From Candidatus Heimdallarchaeota archaeon (GTDB lineage: Archaea; Asgardarchaeota; Heimdallarchaeia; Heimdallarchaeales; Heimdallarchaeaceae): a stretch of 64,000 nucleotides of DNA. Each line of letters begins with the position of its first letter. The first letter of the stretch is position 1. Under the pieces are notes generated by a model. That model had not been told where the DNA came from. It was given only the letters and a program-made list of their open reading frames with translations, and searched no databases. The stretch covers positions 59,752 through 123,751 of the forward strand of contig JAUVXV010000014.1 in assembly GCA_030603365.1 (NCBI GenBank), in the 5' to 3' direction. This document shows positions 20,438 through 31,292 of the stretch, piece after piece. The translations under genes were made by a program, and so were the position numbers.

Positions 20438-21508
20438 TTATTTTAAATCCCATATCTCTTTTGTTTTTCTTTCTAAATCTTCTAAACCTTCAAATGAAGG
20501 CTTCTTCTTTCCTTCCTCAATTTCATGAACAGTATCCAGAAGATATTTGTTTAGAGGAGTAGCTATACCTAATTTTTCTCCTTCTTGAACCAAATAACCA
20601 TTAAGATAATCAATTTCTGATTTTCTTCCCCATTCAATTGACTGAAGACTTGATGATTTTAGATTCTTATATTTCCTGCCAATAATTTTGATTATAGTCT
20701 GCTTAAAGAAATATCTAAATGAAAAACCGTGAAGCTCTTTTTTCTTAATTACTAAGGAATAAAAACTCAGATTGTTAAGTTTCTGTATCTCCAGATTTTT
20801 AGCATTAGCTACTTGTATTCCCTCTGTAATTATGGTTAAGAAAGCAATTCGAGTAGTCCTTCTTTTAAGCATCTCCCCCAATGTCATACCACTAATAACT
20901 CCAAAAGAAGCAATAGATAAGTTAATCAAAAGTTTGGAGAATTTGTCGTTTAAAATATTGTTTGACCATTTTGTTGGGACAGTAAAGGACAATTTCTCAA
21001 TAATATTGTCATCAATCTTTTGTTTTTCTCCAGTCATTCGCCCATAAACCATTTCACCTAATGAGGTTTTATTAGATTCAGCAGGACCTGTCTTCGATGC
21101 TCCAAAACTAACAACACAGCCAACAAGATTCTTTGCATTCAACCTTTCACTTAGTTTCTCTTCCATCATCCCATTTGTCATTGTAACAAGAGTGTAATCA
21201 TTACTTAGTTTTGGTTTAATTCTCTCTATTGCATCTTCTAAATGGTTAAGTTTTGTTACCATGAAAACTAAATCTAAATCATCAGGTAAATCTTCAATTT
21301 GTAAAACAGGTGTAAGATTTTCTTTTACTAGATATTCTCCACTAATCCCTGTTACTTTCAAACCACGGGAGTTTACAAGATCCAGTACTTCTTGATGTTT
21401 ACATACTACATATAATGGAAAATCATTCTTTGCTAAATCTGCAGCTATTACTGTGCCTATTGCTCCCAATCCTACTAAAGCCGTTTTCATTGAAAACCAA
21501 ATCATCAA
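20438..21508 (-). CDS. panE: Ketopantoate reductase family protein
   Basis: GLGAIG, MTNG, KLLIN, SSLQS, SEIDYLNG, TPLN. True start is probably the third Met (MKTALVG). Confidence 0.8.
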   Translation of the reverse strand: MMIWFSMKTALVGLGAIGTVIAADLAKNDFPLYVVCKHQEVLDLVNSRGLKVTGISGEYLVKENLTPVLQIEDLPDDLDLVFMVTKLNHLEDAIERIKPKLSNDYTLVTMTNGMMEEKLSERLNAKNLVGCVVSFGASKTGPAESNKTSLGEMVYGRMTGEKQKIDDNIIEKLSFTVPTKWSNNILNDKFSKLLINLSIASFGVISGMTLGEMLKRRTTRIAFLTIITEGIQVANAKNLEIQKLNNLSFYSLVIKKKELHGFSFRYFFKQTIIKIIGRKYKNLKSSSLQSIEWGRKSEIDYLNGYLVQEGEKLGIATPLNKYLLDTVHEIEEGKKKPSFEGLEDLERKTKEIWDLK

Positions 21509-21559
21509 GTAGATATTAAAACTTTCCTTGACAAATAAAAAGAAAATAGAAAAAGAACT

Positions 21560-22492
21560 TTACAGTTCTTTCAAAGCTTCGATAACACGCTCAGCTGCTT
21601 GAACACTAGCTCTCATGTTTCCTTCTTTGGTTTGAGCACCAATATGAGGACTGATTATGACATTTTCATGCTTTAATAGAGGATTATCTGCATCTGGAGG
21701 TTCTTTCTCAAATACATCAGTGCAGTAATAACCTAGTTGTCCTGAATCAAGAGCTTCGACAGCTTCTAATTCATTTACAATTCCTCCACGTGCACAATTG
21801 ACTAAAACAGTACCAGGTTTCAATAACTTGAATTGGTCTTTTCCAATCATATTCTTTGTTTCGTCAGTTAGCGGAAGATGTAAGCTTATATAATCAGCAT
21901 TTTGGAGAATTTCTTCCATTGATCCTTTCATATCGATTACTGGATTTTCAGGAGCAAATTTATCATATCCTATTGCATTCATTCCTAGTGCTTTGCACTT
22001 TACAGCAAGGCTTGTTCCTATTCGACCTGTACCTATCAATCCAAGAGTTTTTCCATCAATTTCTCTTGAGAATAATTCTTTCTTCATTGATTTGAAGGAT
22101 TCTGGATGAGCTTTAATCTCGCAAGTACCTTTAACAACATCCCTTGTAGAAGATAAAATCATTGTGAGAGCTAATTCAGCTACAGAATTTGTTGTTGCAG
22201 CTGGTGTATTTACTACTTTTATTCCTCTCTGCATTGTTGTTTCAAGATCAATATTGTCTAAACCTACTCCTGCTCTTCCAATTACTTTAAGATTTACTGC
22301 TTTTTCCAGAAGTATGCCACGCATTTTAGTTGCTCCACGTACAATTACTGCATCATACTCATGAATAATTTTGGGGAGCTCGTCTTTAGGAAGATCCCAA
22401 GCAACATTTACTTCAAATCCTGCATTTTCTAGAATTTTTACCGCTTTTTCATTTAATTTATCTGTTAGAATTACTTTTAGCATTTTATTCAC
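21560..22492 (-). CDS. serA: D-3-phosphoglycerate dehydrogenase / D-2-hydroxyacid dehydrogenase (no ACT domain)
   Basis: IGRAGVGLDNID, SVAE, GTGRIG, NCARGG, DVFEKEP, PHIGAQT. Confidence 0.8.
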   Translation of the reverse strand: MNKMLKVILTDKLNEKAVKILENAGFEVNVAWDLPKDELPKIIHEYDAVIVRGATKMRGILLEKAVNLKVIGRAGVGLDNIDLETTMQRGIKVVNTPAATTNSVAELALTMILSSTRDVVKGTCEIKAHPESFKSMKKELFSREIDGKTLGLIGTGRIGTSLAVKCKALGMNAIGYDKFAPENPVIDMKGSMEEILQNADYISLHLPLTDETKNMIGKDQFKLLKPGTVLVNCARGGIVNELEAVEALDSGQLGYYCTDVFEKEPPDADNPLLKHENVIISPHIGAQTKEGNMRASVQAAERVIEALKEL

Positions 22493-23569
22493 CTATAAAT
22501 TCCATACTTCTTCAATTGCTGTAAGGAGTTCTTTCAAACCTTCTAGAGTATGATCACCCATGTGTCCAATTCTGAAAGTTAGTCCTTTTAGCTTGCCATA
22601 ACCGTTTGCTATGACCAATCCTTTTTCAGCAAGTCCTTTGTTGAGTTCTCCAACATCTTTCTCCAACTTATTTTCTACAGTTGTAACTGTAACTGATCTA
22701 TATCCTTCTTCTGCGAATAGACCAAAACCATGTTCTAGAGCCCATTCATGTGTGTAATCAGCCATCTCTTTGTGACGTTTGGAGATATTCTCAGCACCTT
22801 CTTCCAGCATCTGTTTAAGTTTATAATCCAGTGCAAATAGAAGAGATATGTTTGGTGTTGAGGGAGTTTGTTTCTTCTTTTCATAATATCCAAGCACTTT
22901 TTCTAGATTGATATAAAGTCCCTTATTAGGAACTTCTTTTGCTCTATCCAAAGCTTTCTGAGACACAATCCCAATAGCAAGACCTGGAGGTAATGCGAAA
23001 CACTTTTGTGTTGAAGCAAAAACCAAATCTGTTCCCCATTCATCTGGTAATAATAAATCTCCACCCATTGAAGAAACAGCATCTACAACCAGTAAAGTGT
23101 TCGGATAATCTTTCAACAATTCACCAATTGCTTTCAGATCTGCTTTTACTCCTGTACTAGTTTCATTGAAACAAACAGTCACAATATCATAATCAGATTC
23201 ATCTAATTTTTCTTTAATCATTTCTGTTGTAATGGCCTTTCCCCATTCAACATCTAACTTATCAGCTGTTAGTCCGCTATCCACAATTGCTTCATACATT
23301 CTAGATGAGAATGAACCATTTACACATGCCAAAGCTTTTTTTCCGGGTCTAATTAGATTTCTTGCGGCTATATCCATAAACAGAGTTCCTGAAGCTGTAA
23401 GAGCCATAACATGTTGCTCTGTTTTGAAGAATTTGTGCAACTGAGTTAAAACACTATCATAAAGTAGTGTAAAATCATTACTTCTGTGCCCAAACAAAGG
23501 TTTAGCTTGTTGTTTTAAAACATCCTCTTTAACTTCTGTTGGTCCTGGTATCCATAATTTCTTTTGCAT
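22493..23569 (-). CDS. Class V PLP aminotransferase (serine-pyruvate/archaeal phosphoserine type)
   Basis: IPGPT, NETSTG, DAVSS, TQKCFALPPG, FRIGHMG; abuts serA. Confidence 0.88.
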   Translation of the reverse strand: MQKKLWIPGPTEVKEDVLKQQAKPLFGHRSNDFTLLYDSVLTQLHKFFKTEQHVMALTASGTLFMDIAARNLIRPGKKALACVNGSFSSRMYEAIVDSGLTADKLDVEWGKAITTEMIKEKLDESDYDIVTVCFNETSTGVKADLKAIGELLKDYPNTLLVVDAVSSMGGDLLLPDEWGTDLVFASTQKCFALPPGLAIGIVSQKALDRAKEVPNKGLYINLEKVLGYYEKKKQTPSTPNISLLFALDYKLKQMLEEGAENISKRHKEMADYTHEWALEHGFGLFAEEGYRSVTVTTVENKLEKDVGELNKGLAEKGLVIANGYGKLKGLTFRIGHMGDHTLEGLKELLTAIEEVWNL

Positions 23570-23631
23570 TATATCACCTTAATTATCACGTTGATTCAGC
23601 TTATAGGATAAAAAAGGTTATTGTCTCACGC

Positions 23632-24054
23632 CTAATCTTCAATGGATGGAATCTTATAAAGAAGTTGTTCAATAGGTCCTTCATCTATCTTCTCAGGGAT
23701 AGGAAGACCACTTGATTTACTATTTAACCAAATTTTGATAGCAGAATAAATCAGAGAACTGATCATTAGTGATAAAGTGAAAATGACAACAAACATCCAG
23801 GTTTCTATTGGACTTCCACCGAACATCAAAAGGTAGATGGAAACAGGCAATATCAAGATGCAAATTGATGCTAGAGGAAGACCTATGAAAAGAAAGAGAA
23901 TTTCATTCCAAATAAAAAGCATAAGCTCACTCCTTTTTTCACTAAAATATGAAATAAAGAAAACCATGAAGAGAGTAATTGCTACCATTGAGAGTAAAAG
24001 AATCCCAAAAGCTAACAGCCATAGGTTTTCAACAAAGCTATGAACTACAAGCAT
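23632..24054 (-). CDS. Hypothetical membrane protein (3 TM)
   Basis: Three hydrophobic segments; no recognisable motif. Confidence 0.55.
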   Translation of the reverse strand: MLVVHSFVENLWLLAFGILLLSMVAITLFMVFFISYFSEKRSELMLFIWNEILFLFIGLPLASICILILPVSIYLLMFGGSPIETWMFVVIFTLSLMISSLIYSAIKIWLNSKSSGLPIPEKIDEGPIEQLLYKIPSIED

Positions 24055-24358
24055 TAAGATCCCTTCGATGAGAAAGAATAAACCGATAACGATTCCTTCT
24101 TTGAAAATATCTTCATCTTTATATTTAGATCTTAATCTTATCTAAAATTTCTACATTCTCATCTTCTATAAATCTTATTTATTTATAATTTTCAAGGATG
24201 TTTTTGTAAGTTGTATTACGATTGCTTTTATATCTCTTAAATAATTGGGGAAAAAAACGTTTAAAGCCCCTAATTCTTTATTTTCAAAGCCTCTAAACTG
24301 TTTTTCACATGTGAATGTTATGGTAAGGTTTTTTAGGGAAAGTTTCGAATGATGTCTG

Positions 24359-25981
24359 ATGGCTATCCAAGATAGAGATAAACAGAAGTCAGCTCTTGAG
24401 AAGACTATGCGGAAATTTTCAGATCTACTGCCTTCTGTTAAACTAGAAGTTGCTCCTGCTGAAAAAGCCTTAGTAATTATTGATGGAACAGATAAGTCTA
24501 AAGCAACTGTTCTAGTTGCAGGAGAGCTAAATAGACATTTTGGTACAAAAATAGATGTAATTTGCTTCTATGAAGATCAATCTACCTCTACTGCATCTGC
24601 TTCTAAAGAAAGTTATGAAGATTCTTTATCGTTTGCATATGAACATCTTCGCAGTGACGATTTTGAAATCAAAGGTGAGGTTATCGAAAATATAGAAAAT
24701 CTAAAATCAATTCTAGATAATGTCATTCAAACAGTAAAATACGACATATTTTTAGTACCCTCTTCATTCATTGGACTAGAAGAAATAGAAATCCAAGAAG
24801 ATGAGGATGAAGATACTGAGGCAAGCGTTACTGTATTAGGCGATGTCTTCGAATATCTACTCGAAGAAGTAAAGAATATTCCTGTTCTACTCATAGAAAG
24901 CGAAAAAATAAATCTAGAGCTTCTGTGGAAGAATATAGCAATTGTCTTCAGTAATACAACTCAACTCAGCTATTTGTTTGAAAAAGCAATGAGATACAGT
25001 TTAAAGAAATCAGAGGTTCATCTCTTAATAAATATTGATCCAATTTACCATGAGGATAAAAGTCAAGATGAATTAGAAGCATTAATAAAGAAAAGTACAG
25101 AAGACTTAGAGATATTTGAAAAAGCAAATTCTCAAGTGTTTAAAGAAGCTTCTAGATATGTTGATAGCCACCTTCTATCTACCGATAATTTTGATGATTT
25201 TAAGAAAGAATTACATACAATTGGCAAAGATGTTGGTATGCTTATCATTTACATGCCTTCAAAACATTCTAGTCTTTATGGATTCTTTACAGAACTCCTA
25301 GAAGATAGTGATATCACCTTTCCAATCCTTATAGCCAAGAGAAAAATTGATGTTAAAAAAGAGGAAGTTGGACAACCAAAGAAAGAAGAAGCAGAGGATT
25401 CTCCTAAGGATGAAGAGGAAAGTGAAGCAGAAATTAAAGAAGAAGTAGAAGAAAAAATAGTGATTGACGAATCTTTAAAAGAATCTATAAAAGAAGAAGT
25501 CAAAAAAGATATACTAGGACTTACAGCGAAACCTGAAGAAAAAGAAGAAGAAGTAGTCGAAGAAAAAGATACTAAGAAAATTAAAACAAAAGAAATAGAA
25601 GAAAAAGAGGAGGAAGAGGAAATGTCAGAGATTGAAGAAATAAAAGAAGAAGTAATAGAAGAGGTCATTGAAGAAATCAAAAAAGAAGTCGTTAAAGAAG
25701 TCAAAGATGAACCTAAGAAAGAGATCAAGGAAGAGGTCGAAAAAGAGCTCAACAAAGAAGAAAGTATTGAGGAATTAAAAGACACTATTCTTGAAGAGAT
25801 CAAGGAAGAAATCAAGGAAGAAATCAAATACGAACTCAAGAAAGACCTAAAAGAACCTAAAAAAGAACTCAAAGAAAAAGTAATTGAGGAAATGAAAGAA
25901 GAAGCTGAAGAAGCAACTAAGGAAGAAGAAGAGGAAGAGGAAGAGGAAGAGGAAGTTACTTCAAGAATGGACTTTGAGTAA
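24359..25981 (+). CDS. Tandem USP-like domain protein with long Glu/Lys-rich C-terminal tail
   Basis: KALVIIDGTDKS...YDIFLVPS...PVLLI pattern, apparently twice; about 210-aa tail of KEEI/KEEV repeats. Confidence 0.6.
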   Translation: MAIQDRDKQKSALEKTMRKFSDLLPSVKLEVAPAEKALVIIDGTDKSKATVLVAGELNRHFGTKIDVICFYEDQSTSTASASKESYEDSLSFAYEHLRSDDFEIKGEVIENIENLKSILDNVIQTVKYDIFLVPSSFIGLEEIEIQEDEDEDTEASVTVLGDVFEYLLEEVKNIPVLLIESEKINLELLWKNIAIVFSNTTQLSYLFEKAMRYSLKKSEVHLLINIDPIYHEDKSQDELEALIKKSTEDLEIFEKANSQVFKEASRYVDSHLLSTDNFDDFKKELHTIGKDVGMLIIYMPSKHSSLYGFFTELLEDSDITFPILIAKRKIDVKKEEVGQPKKEEAEDSPKDEEESEAEIKEEVEEKIVIDESLKESIKEEVKKDILGLTAKPEEKEEEVVEEKDTKKIKTKEIEEKEEEEEMSEIEEIKEEVIEEVIEEIKKEVVKEVKDEPKKEIKEEVEKELNKEESIEELKDTILEEIKEEIKEEIKYELKKDLKEPKKELKEKVIEEMKEEAEEATKEEEEEEEEEEEVTSRMDFE

Positions 25982-26082
25982 TCAAGATAAAATAAATGTG
26001 ACTGAAAATCACATATATATTAACACCAAGAGTTAGTTTGGTTTAAGTAGATGCGTTATTATATTTCGAAAACGGTGATAGA

Positions 26083-27600
26083 TTGGCTAGTGTATTAGAT
26101 AATTATGGTTGGATTGCAACAATTATAATTGTCATAATTGTACTAGCTACAATATTGCTACTAATGAAGGAAGGAGTAGATGCAACAAAAATTACGGTTA
26201 CAGGTGCAGTAGTTGTAGCACTGATATATATGTTTGCTATGGATTGGAAAGTAGGTTTCGAAGAAAACCTGAGTTTTGAACACGTCCCACATAACTTCTT
26301 GGAAGCTTTATCTCAAACAATTAATGTCGAAGCTATACTGATAATTTTCTCTGTGAGCATTATTGTTGCTCTCACTAAAGGAGCAGGTTTCTTTGATTTC
26401 ATTTCTCTATCCATTGTTAAGCTTACTAAAGGGGACCCAAGAAGATTAATGGTATCATTAGGGGCACTAACTTTCTTTGTTTCAATGTTTTTCGATAATC
26501 TTTCAGCAATTATTCTACTAGGATCACTTACAGTAGTAATTTGTAAGCAACTTGAATTAAGAATTCAACCATTTGTGCTCTTTGTTGGCATAAACACCAT
26601 TATAGGTGGTTTACCTACACCAGTTTCTTCTCTTCCTAACATCATCTTTTTCAATTTACTCAAACCAGGAACATTAACAAAAGAAGTTAGTTTTATTACT
26701 TTTATGGGTTACATGCTTCCAATTGCCATATTTTTCTTCGGGATTGCTACAGCATTTTTCTTCTTCATTTATAGAAAAGACATTCTTATCCAAGTTCCAG
26801 ATGAGAAGAAGGAGCAATTAAGTAGAATTAACCCTTGGTCAGGTGTTGAGGATAGAAAGAACATTTGGAAATCTTTAGTTCTTCTAAGCATTTTATTTGT
26901 TGGTTTTCTTCTAACTAGTATCCAAGTTGATGCAACACAAATAAGCATTGGATTGAGAGACGTCGTGCATTTATCGTCTGTTGAGAGTCTTTCTTTTGGG
27001 TATAATAGTCATGTCGTTACTATATTCCAATTTCCTGATGTAGCTTTTATGGCACTTATCGTTGCTATAATAGGTATTTTCCTATTTAGAAAAGACTTGA
27101 AGCATTATCTGGAGGAAGGTGTAGAATGGGAAATGATCGTTTTCTTCATTGCTTTATTCGTACTCATGGGCGTTTTAACAGCTTCTGGTGCTCTATCTCC
27201 TCTAACAAAAATCATGAGCAGTTTCCTCACTCCTGATGCATCAGGAAATATACCTGTTGGAGGACAAATATTAGTTGCACTAATTATTGGTGTAGTTGGA
27301 TTACCTATTACGGGGTTCTTGAATGGATCTTCAGCTGCACTGATATTCTCATATATCTTCCAAACTCTTCCACGAGGCATATTACCTGGATTATGGATTG
27401 GGTTTGTTTTAGGAGGAAATATAGGTGGGGCACTGTCACCGTTGGGGTCAATTACAATTCTAATGGCGCTTGAGATTCTAAAAAGAGAAGGAGATAAGAT
27501 TTCATTCCTTCGATATATCGTTAAGATGCTCCCTTTGACACTTTTATTTAGCGTACTTAGTATAGGTTACTCAATGCTGTTAATAGGGATAGGTTTGTAA
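26083..27600 (+). CDS. ArsB/NhaD/SLC13 (IT superfamily) permease
   Basis: SMFFDN, GGLPTPVSSLPNII, VEWEMIVFF, GGNIGGALSPLGS; about 12 TM. Confidence 0.82.
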   Translation: MASVLDNYGWIATIIIVIIVLATILLLMKEGVDATKITVTGAVVVALIYMFAMDWKVGFEENLSFEHVPHNFLEALSQTINVEAILIIFSVSIIVALTKGAGFFDFISLSIVKLTKGDPRRLMVSLGALTFFVSMFFDNLSAIILLGSLTVVICKQLELRIQPFVLFVGINTIIGGLPTPVSSLPNIIFFNLLKPGTLTKEVSFITFMGYMLPIAIFFFGIATAFFFFIYRKDILIQVPDEKKEQLSRINPWSGVEDRKNIWKSLVLLSILFVGFLLTSIQVDATQISIGLRDVVHLSSVESLSFGYNSHVVTIFQFPDVAFMALIVAIIGIFLFRKDLKHYLEEGVEWEMIVFFIALFVLMGVLTASGALSPLTKIMSSFLTPDASGNIPVGGQILVALIIGVVGLPITGFLNGSSAALIFSYIFQTLPRGILPGLWIGFVLGGNIGGALSPLGSITILMALEILKREGDKISFLRYIVKMLPLTLLFSVLSIGYSMLLIGIGL

Positions 27601-27748
27601 CTAGTTCTTTTCTATCCAAGTGTTTACATTAGAAAGGATAATTGGTTTTCTTCTACGGGTTTTACATTCTATAAATTATGATATTAGTAAATATTTGTTT
27701 GATATTGGTGTTTGAAGAATTGCTGGAAAAACTAGAAGAAAAAGAAAA

Positions 27749-28801
27749 TTAATTCTTTTCCATCCAGGTTCGTCCATCCCAATGGGTCATTCCTTTGGTT
27801 GCAACACCATCAGGTTTCTTCCCAGCTGCTAAATCTTCCTCTGATAACCAATACATTGATGGATGTTCAGCATTGTATAGGATGTTATAAGCTTGAGGCA
27901 TGTGTTCAACAATAACATGTTCACTAACATCCCCATCATAGATCTCTCCGTCATGTTCCATACCTATGGGACTTTCTAACTGCACTTCCACTTTCTTGGC
28001 ATATTTGTATTGTACACCTTTGAGGTTCAAATGTTCTCCTTTGAATATCTTCTGAATTCCTAAGAGCGTTTGGAATTTTGTCATATTTTTTGATATCATC
28101 ACATCGAAGAAATCATTCTGAGGATGTGCATTTACACATGCAAGCATTCCCCCACCAACACTTTTACCTATACCTATCGCTATCAACATTAGTTTGAAAT
28201 CAATTGGATCTCCATCATCTAGAATTATAGTCCCTTTTCTTTGCTTAACTGTAGCAAGCTTCTTCAGAGCTAGTAATGTGTATTTTGATGGACCTTTAAT
28301 CCAGCTCATTTCTCCATCCATATTACCTAAGTTTACAAGCGATGATATACCAAAATCAAACATATTGCCAAAAAATACTTCAAACTTTGTGTCTGGATAT
28401 TTAACACTACCAATTGAAGATGGTGAAACAACTGTTTTTTCTATTAGAGTTTTAGCAGCATTTTCAGGATCCCAAGGTATCCCCATAAAAGTACAGAAAT
28501 CATTACCTGTACCAAAAGGGAGCACACCAAAAGCTATACTCTTTCTTTTTTGTTCTGAAAAACTCATTATACCATTAACCGCTTCATTGACAACACCATC
28601 ACCACTAGCAACGATGATTCGATTAAAACCATCATCGATTGCTTGTTTTGTTATTTCCTGTCCTTGAGCTCTTTTAGTAGTAAAAACAACATCATAATCT
28701 ATCCCACTTTCTTTGATTACTGGTTCAGCTTTTTCCCATCTTTTTGGACATAATCTTGAACCTGCATTGGGATTTACAATAAACTTCCATTTTAAAGCCA
28801 T
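27749..28801 (-). CDS. Diacylglycerol kinase family lipid kinase (YegS/DAGK-like)
   Basis: IVNPNAG, SGDG, PFGTGNDF, GGGM, HDGE. Confidence 0.88.
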   Translation of the reverse strand: MALKWKFIVNPNAGSRLCPKRWEKAEPVIKESGIDYDVVFTTKRAQGQEITKQAIDDGFNRIIVASGDGVVNEAVNGIMSFSEQKRKSIAFGVLPFGTGNDFCTFMGIPWDPENAAKTLIEKTVVSPSSIGSVKYPDTKFEVFFGNMFDFGISSLVNLGNMDGEMSWIKGPSKYTLLALKKLATVKQRKGTIILDDGDPIDFKLMLIAIGIGKSVGGGMLACVNAHPQNDFFDVMISKNMTKFQTLLGIQKIFKGEHLNLKGVQYKYAKKVEVQLESPIGMEHDGEIYDGDVSEHVIVEHMPQAYNILYNAEHPSMYWLSEEDLAAGKKPDGVATKGMTHWDGRTWMEKN

Positions 28802-28991
28802 GAGAGCTAGTTCTTTGGAACTTGCTTAAAAGCCTTTTAGTGTTATATGGTGAAAGAACAGTTCGAATTCAATTAGAGTTTATTCTTCTTGTAAAATTAA
28901 TCTCAGGATATATTGGTTCTAGTTTTAGAACAGAAAAAAGAGAGAATGTTCTTGTTCTAGGCTTATAAGTAGATTAATTCTACAATTTCAT

Positions 28992-31253
28992 ATGGTTAGA
29001 TTTACTAGAGCAACTAAAAGTATGTTGAAAGGAATAGGTCTTGCAGTTTTAGTCTCAGCTTCAGTTATTAGTCCCTTGCTCTATCCTCGTTTTTTTGTTA
29101 ACAGAAACAATCTTTGGAAAGATATCGATAATTATACTTGGGAAGATAAAGAAGTGGATAGACTACCTCAAGAGGGGTTCGCTGTAACCCATCAAATCAC
29201 ACAGGAAACTGACACTTCTTTTGGGACCTATATACCCAAGAACATTGAGTATACTCCTGCAATTGTTCCTACACCGATTGCTCCAGATCTTTCGAATGTT
29301 GAAACTATTTTTGAGATGAGGGATTGGAACAATGAATCTCTTGAATTAATAGCTGAACAAGGGTATCTAATAACAGAACTTCCGACAAATTCAATTTATT
29401 ATTTATACGAAACCTATAATGGTTGGGAATCAGATGCAAAATACATCACTACAGATTTATGTCTTCATACTTATCACAATTTATATTCGATGGCTTTGAA
29501 ATTTACAGAGGGTGCGTATCTATTTCATGATTTTGAAATTTTGATTAAAAAGCTGAGAGATTCACAACTATTATTATTAGATAATTCTATGCATGAAGAT
29601 GTTCAGGATGCAATATTGAAGAACATAGCTTATCTTTCCACATTACTAAATCTATTAAATCAATCATATACTATTCCAGCAGAAGTTTATTCCATGACTA
29701 CTCAAGAGCTATTCAACATCAATAATAGCGCAGGTTTTGCTTATTCACCTATTTTTGGTTATCAGGAAGATTACTCTCAATACAAAGTGAGAGGACACTA
29801 TACAACAAATCAGATATTATCTAATTATTTCCAAGCAATGATGTACGCTGGAAGAATGGGTTTTCTTTTTCAGTATGAACAGCTGAATAGTGAAATGATT
29901 AAAGAACAAACTCGAATGGCTCTTTTACTTGTATCCTCATTCAATGAAACAGTAGATGGTTCTCAGTTATGGGAATATTGGGAAAGAATCTATAGTATAA
30001 CTTCTTTCTTCGTAGGTGAAAGTGATGATCTTACGATTCTAGATTATTACAAAATCTGGAAACATTACGGTTATCCAGAATTAAATGACATTGCGGATGA
30101 TGCTTTTATTTCTAAGGTAATCGAGGACTTAAAGAGTGCTCCACTCCCCAAAATTCTATCAATGTTAGTTACCTCATCTTCAGAAACATCTATTCCTCGT
30201 GGCTTGAGATTATTTGGGCAAGCATTCATCCCTGATTCATATATTTTTCAAGAGCTAGTACACGACAAAGTACCTCTCAGAATAATGCCAGATCCTTTGG
30301 ATATTTTTTCTGTTTTTGGGAGTGAAAGAGCTTCCTATCTCCTTCAAAATGAAACAGATATTTATCCAGAATATGAGTTACAAGTAAATCAATTACGTGA
30401 TGAATTTAGCAGCCTTACTGATTATGATTGGTGTCAATCACTTTATTGGCTCCAACTGTATTCTCTCCTTCCTCTCCTACAGGAAAACTATACTGGATAT
30501 CCAGGATATATGAAGAAGGATTCCTGGAAGGATAAATCACTACTAACAGCATTAGGTTCATGGACACAATTAAGACATGATACGCTTCTATATGGAAAAC
30601 AGGGATATACAGCTCTAGGTCTTCATGGGGGATTTGGATATGTAGAACCTTATCCAGAGTTATATGCGAGGTTATCTAGTACAATCCAAATGATGAATGA
30701 TGGGTTAAAAGCTAGAGGACTGCTCATTGAAGATTTTGAAAATAGATTGAACATTACTATGGGAATTTTTGATAGATTAACTGAAATCAGTATCAAAGAA
30801 TTAGAAGATGAAGAACTAACTATAGATGATATTGACTATATTGATAATGTAGGAAATACTATGAATGTTCTAACAAGTTTTAGTAGTCCTATTTATAGCG
30901 AATGGATAAGAGAAAATGATGGTAGAGATGCTTTAATCGCTGATGTTCATACTGATCCAAATACTGGAACTGCATTAGAAGTTGCAATTGGAAATCCGCT
31001 CTCAATCTTTGCAATTGTACAGGATCACTTAGGTAATTTGAGGGTAGTTCATGGGGGAATGTATTCTTATTATGAATTCACTGTTCCCATACACAGTAGA
31101 TTAACAGATGAAGAATGGAGAGATATAGTGGATACTGATCCTCCAGATATGCCAGATTGGATTCTGGATGGCTTACCATATCTTGATTTTGATCAGCTTT
31201 CTTATGAGATGTTAAATCCCAAATGCTACATAAAGATTAGAAAAAAGATATAA
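28992..31253 (+). CDS. DUF3160 family protein (N-terminally anchored)
   Basis: YITTD...HTYH, EDYSQYKVRGHYT, LGSWTQLRHDTLLYGKQ, GYVEPYPE, IADVHT, SYYEF, RLTDEEW. Confidence 0.85.
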   Translation: MVRFTRATKSMLKGIGLAVLVSASVISPLLYPRFFVNRNNLWKDIDNYTWEDKEVDRLPQEGFAVTHQITQETDTSFGTYIPKNIEYTPAIVPTPIAPDLSNVETIFEMRDWNNESLELIAEQGYLITELPTNSIYYLYETYNGWESDAKYITTDLCLHTYHNLYSMALKFTEGAYLFHDFEILIKKLRDSQLLLLDNSMHEDVQDAILKNIAYLSTLLNLLNQSYTIPAEVYSMTTQELFNINNSAGFAYSPIFGYQEDYSQYKVRGHYTTNQILSNYFQAMMYAGRMGFLFQYEQLNSEMIKEQTRMALLLVSSFNETVDGSQLWEYWERIYSITSFFVGESDDLTILDYYKIWKHYGYPELNDIADDAFISKVIEDLKSAPLPKILSMLVTSSSETSIPRGLRLFGQAFIPDSYIFQELVHDKVPLRIMPDPLDIFSVFGSERASYLLQNETDIYPEYELQVNQLRDEFSSLTDYDWCQSLYWLQLYSLLPLLQENYTGYPGYMKKDSWKDKSLLTALGSWTQLRHDTLLYGKQGYTALGLHGGFGYVEPYPELYARLSSTIQMMNDGLKARGLLIEDFENRLNITMGIFDRLTEISIKELEDEELTIDDIDYIDNVGNTMNVLTSFSSPIYSEWIRENDGRDALIADVHTDPNTGTALEVAIGNPLSIFAIVQDHLGNLRVVHGGMYSYYEFTVPIHSRLTDEEWRDIVDTDPPDMPDWILDGLPYLDFDQLSYEMLNPKCYIKIRKKI

Positions 31254-31292
31254 AGCTCGTAATTCTCTTTTTTTTGTGATAGAAATAATATA

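Noticed and set aside
25276-25872. 198-aa Ser/Ile/Phe-rich minus-strand ORF
   Set aside because: Antisense shadow of the Glu/Lys-rich tail of 24359..25981.
28194-28667. 157-aa plus-strand ORF, and similar short ORFs nested in larger genes (e.g. 3610, 10343, 31226, 36675, 40466)
   Set aside because: They overlap well-supported genes on the opposite strand or frame and carry no motifs.
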